NCBI GenBank assembly: GCA_903908785.1
Contig: CAIVTL010000054.1
Location: forward strand, 1 to 33,427
Direction: 5' to 3'
DNA length: 33,427 bases
Source: a candidate division WOR-3 bacterium
Lineage (GTDB): Bacteria; Hydrothermota; Tepidihabitantia; Tepidihabitantales; Tepidihabitantaceae
Shown: in pieces, positions 31,296 through 33,427 of the stretch
How positions within the stretch are numbered: position 1 is the stretch's first letter
Layout: each line of letters opens with the position of its first letter
The notes under the pieces: generated by a model
Database searches by the model: none
What the model was told of the DNA's origin: nothing
The model's input: the letters and a program-made list of their open reading frames with translations, nothing else
Program-made: the position numbers and the translations under genes

Positions 31296-32399
31296 TCAAT
31301 TGTCGCCCAGAACCCGTCGCGTCGCGGCCGCGTGCTCGGCCAGCGTGCGGGAAAAGGTGTGCGTGCCGTCACCGTTGGCAACGAAGAAGAAATAGTCGTG
31401 TCGCTCGGGATTGAGCGCGGCCGCAAGCGCCCGACGGCCGGGATTGGAGATGGGGCCGGGCGGCAGGCCGGCGTGGAGGTAGGTGTTGTAGGGCGACTCG
31501 ATTCGCGTGTCGGCCACAGTCAGGATTCCCTTGCGTTCGGGCAGGAGACACTCGACCGTCGCGCAGGACTGGAGCGGCATGCCGCGGCGCAGGCGGTTCA
31601 TGAACACGCCGGCGATGCGGTCAAACTCCTCCGGAACCTTGGCCTCGCGCTCGACGATGGACGCCAGGATGACGGTCTGAGAAGGGGGGAGGGGCGAGGG
31701 GCGAGGGGCGAGTGACGAGTCGCGGAGTTCAGAGAAGACGGAGGAGAACTGGCGGAGCAAGCGGCGGACGACGTCGCCGGGCGGCGAGTTGGTCAGGAAC
31801 TCGTAGGTCTCCGGAAACAGGTAACCCTCGGCCGTGGGTCCGGTCACGGCGAACTCCCTGAGCAGGTTGGTGTCGGCGCAGGCGGCAAGGAAGCTGTCGG
31901 CCCGGCAGATGCCGCGTTCCGCAAGTGCCGCGGCAACTTCGTTCATCGTGAAGCCTTCAGGTATCGTGACCATCACGAGCGCGGGTTCCTCGCGGGACAG
32001 CAGTTTGAGCACGCGCCTTTCACCGATGCCGACCGGCAGGCGGTAGCGGCCCGGCCTGATGCGCGGCGCGTAGTTGTAGTACCAGGAATAGAAGAAAAAC
32101 AGGGGCTTGGAGCCGATAACCTGCCGGGCTGTGAGCGTATCGGCGAGCGCGCGGATGCTCAACTCCGGCTGGATGCTCACCTCAACGCGGCGGCCACTCG
32201 TCTTCGCCGCTTTCGGGGAACCACACGCGACAAAGGACAAAATGACAAGGAAAAAGGACAAAGTAACAAAGACAAAGGACAAAGCAAACGGGAAAGGACA
32301 AAGTGCAGAGGCCCGGTCCGTTTTGGCCTTGGTACTTTCCACTTGCTTTGTCCTTACGACTTTGTCCTTAGTACTTGACCCGAGATCTCGCGTCGTCAC
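31296..32399 (-). CDS. mltG: Endolytic murein transglycosylase MltG (YceG family)
   Basis: Motifs are GYLFPETYEF, ILASIVEREA, GVFMNRL...MPLQSCATV, SPYNTYLHAGLPPGPISNPG and FFFVANGDGTHTFS. GTG start at 32399 lies 15 nt after the ruvX stop. The N-terminal TM segment is repeat-encoded. Confidence 0.9.
   Translation of the reverse strand: MTTRDLGSSTKDKVVRTKQVESTKAKTDRASALCPFPFALSFVFVTLSFFLVILSFVACGSPKAAKTSGRRVEVSIQPELSIRALADTLTARQVIGSKPLFFFYSWYYNYAPRIRPGRYRLPVGIGERRVLKLLSREEPALVMVTIPEGFTMNEVAAALAERGICRADSFLAACADTNLLREFAVTGPTAEGYLFPETYEFLTNSPPGDVVRRLLRQFSSVFSELRDSSLAPRPSPLPPSQTVILASIVEREAKVPEEFDRIAGVFMNRLRRGMPLQSCATVECLLPERKGILTVADTRIESPYNTYLHAGLPPGPISNPGRRALAAALNPERHDYFFFVANGDGTHTFSRTLAEHAAATRRVLGDN
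32229..32366. repeat. GACAAAG heptamer block (32229-32303) and inverted CTTTGTC copies (32346-32366) inside the 5' end of mltG
   Basis: The forward block reads gacaaag gacaaaa tgacaag gaaaaag gacaaag taacaaa gacaaag gacaaag ..., followed by ctttgtc at 32346 and 32360. Confidence 0.85.
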
Positions 32400-32414
32400 T
32401 TACCTGAACCGATG

Positions 32415-32873
32415 CTAGCCCCTTCTGGCTGCGAGGAAATCCTCGAGGATGATTGTCGCGGCGATTCGGTCCACGGCCCGCTTGTGCTTCGGCGCGCCGT
32501 GGCTGATGCGCGGCTGGTGGTGCACCTTCAACTCGGGGTCGAAGTACGTGCGCTCCAGCACGTGCGCCGCGCGCACCGTGGAGAACCGCTCGTCGTGGAA
32601 CTCCACCGGCAAGCCGGCTGCCTTCTTGAGCTGTCCGGCAAAGGACCGCACCTGCACGGAGCGCTTGCTCGGTTTCCCGGACTGGCCAAGAGGGAGGCCG
32701 AAAACCACCTCATCAACCTCCTGCTCGCAGATGACCTTCAGGAGAGCCTTGAGCAGGTGCTGCTCATCCTTGTGCTCGATAGTCGGCAGACCCTGCGCGA
32801 TGGTCCTCGTAATGTCCGACACCGCGACCCCGGTCCGGCGCTTGCCAAAGTCAATGCAGAGGATTCTACCCAT
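32415..32873 (-). CDS. ruvX: YqgF/RuvX family putative Holliday junction resolvase / pre-16S rRNA nuclease
   Basis: Motifs are MGRILCIDFGKRRTGVAVSD, VVFGLPL and FHDERFSTV. The ruvX-mltG gene order is widely conserved. Confidence 0.9.
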   Translation of the reverse strand: MGRILCIDFGKRRTGVAVSDITRTIAQGLPTIEHKDEQHLLKALLKVICEQEVDEVVFGLPLGQSGKPSKRSVQVRSFAGQLKKAAGLPVEFHDERFSTVRAAHVLERTYFDPELKVHHQPRISHGAPKHKRAVDRIAATIILEDFLAARRG

Positions 32874-33018
32874 AGTATCTAAGTGTAGGATACGGCCCGC
32901 GCACTGTCCAGCAGATAGGGTCTGGAGAGGACCGCGGCGCGGCCCGCAACACCCATCGTTGCGACCTGCGTCCCGGCCCGCTTGTACCTGCCCCGCTGCG
33001 GTCTGCGCTGCGCGTGCG

Positions 33019-33318
33019 GAAGGCTCCCGCCAAACTCCTCGCGAAGCTCTCTGCGAAGCTCATTCGTAAGCTCCTGTCGAAGCTCTCTACATTGCTCATT
33101 CGGAAGCTCATTACGAAGCTCCCTTCGAAGCACCTTTCGATGCGTCTTTCGTCGCTTCCTTCGTCGCACATTGCGAAGCTCCTTTCGTCGCACATCACGT
33201 TGCTCATGTCGAAGCTCCTTTGGAAACTCACGACGAAGCTCCCTTGGAAGCTCACAAGGAAGCTCCTTTCGATGCTCTCTTCGATGCTGCTTCGGTTGCT
33301 CCTTCTGATGCTGCCCAG
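33019..33318. repeat. Array of 25 degenerate units in strict 12-nt phase (consensus GAAGCTCNNNNC)
   Basis: Units were read by hand: gaagctctctgc gaagctcattcg taagctcctgtc gaagctctctac ... gaagctcctttc gatgctctcttc gatgctgcttcg gttgctccttct. No phase break occurs over 300 nt. Confidence 0.85.
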
Positions 33319-33322
33319 AGGG

Positions 33323-33427
33323 TGACCTCTACCCTTGATTCTCCCCGCTTGCTTCCGCTCCGAACCCGCCGATAATACTGACGTTATGACCATTTTGTCC
33401 GGTCCCGCCCAAGGCGTCTTCTTTCAA
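33323..33427. repeat. Right copy of the window-edge element (partner of 1-103)
   Basis: See the feature at 1-103. It has the same orientation and runs to the last base of the window. Confidence 0.7.

Noticed and set aside
1-33427. Window-edge repeats as circular-contig overlap or as ends of a mobile element or island
   Set aside because: The copies are only about 75-80% identical, so they are not an assembly overlap. They are direct rather than inverted, and no integrase, transposase, tRNA or plasmid/phage genes lie between them. The interior carries housekeeping ruvX-mltG.

Overview
This is a high-GC (roughly 60-65% by eye) bacterial chromosomal segment. At least six proteins end in Por/T9SS-type C-terminal sorting domains, which suggests an uncultivated FCB-superphylum-like lineage; that placement is inference only. 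All family names come from motifs I recognised by eye in the translations, and no database search was possible.

I support about 26 CDS:
- An exported helical protein and a T9SS-tagged multicopper oxidase on the + strand.
- A minus-strand sensor kinase / single-domain response regulator / NtrC-type regulator operon.
- A small cluster of two CDC48-N-like barrel proteins (one fused to an ATP-cone) flanking a KTSC protein.
- Two exported proteins: one an internal duplication, one resembling a superoxide reductase fold.
- A DUF1622 membrane protein.
- An alpha/beta-hydrolase / DUF364-like / type III PLP decarboxylase cluster, and an orphan substrate-binding protein.
- An XRE-family regulator.
- A five-gene minus-strand T9SS cargo operon: two C-type-lectin plus arylsulfotransferase-like propellers, two paralogous repeat propellers and a 14-repeat protein.
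- ruvX-mltG.

No rRNA, tRNA, CRISPR array, transposase or integrase was recognised.

The most unusual property is at the DNA level. Dozens of short degenerate tandem repeats, mostly 7-nt units with some 6, 8, 9 or 10 nt, fall into a few word families. They occur in intergenic DNA and also in-frame inside genes, where they encode signal peptides, a TM helix, loops of T9SS sorting domains and inserts in a hydrolase.

Other notable structures:
- Two roughly 300-nt arrays with a strict 12-nt phase.
- A 144-bp tandem triplication of the XRE promoter/operator region.
- A 94-nt element present twice at about 95% identity.
- A diverged element of about 105 nt at both window edges.
- Candidate sigma54 -24/-12 promoters paired with TGTNACA dyads next to an activator whose GAFTGA loop is degenerate.
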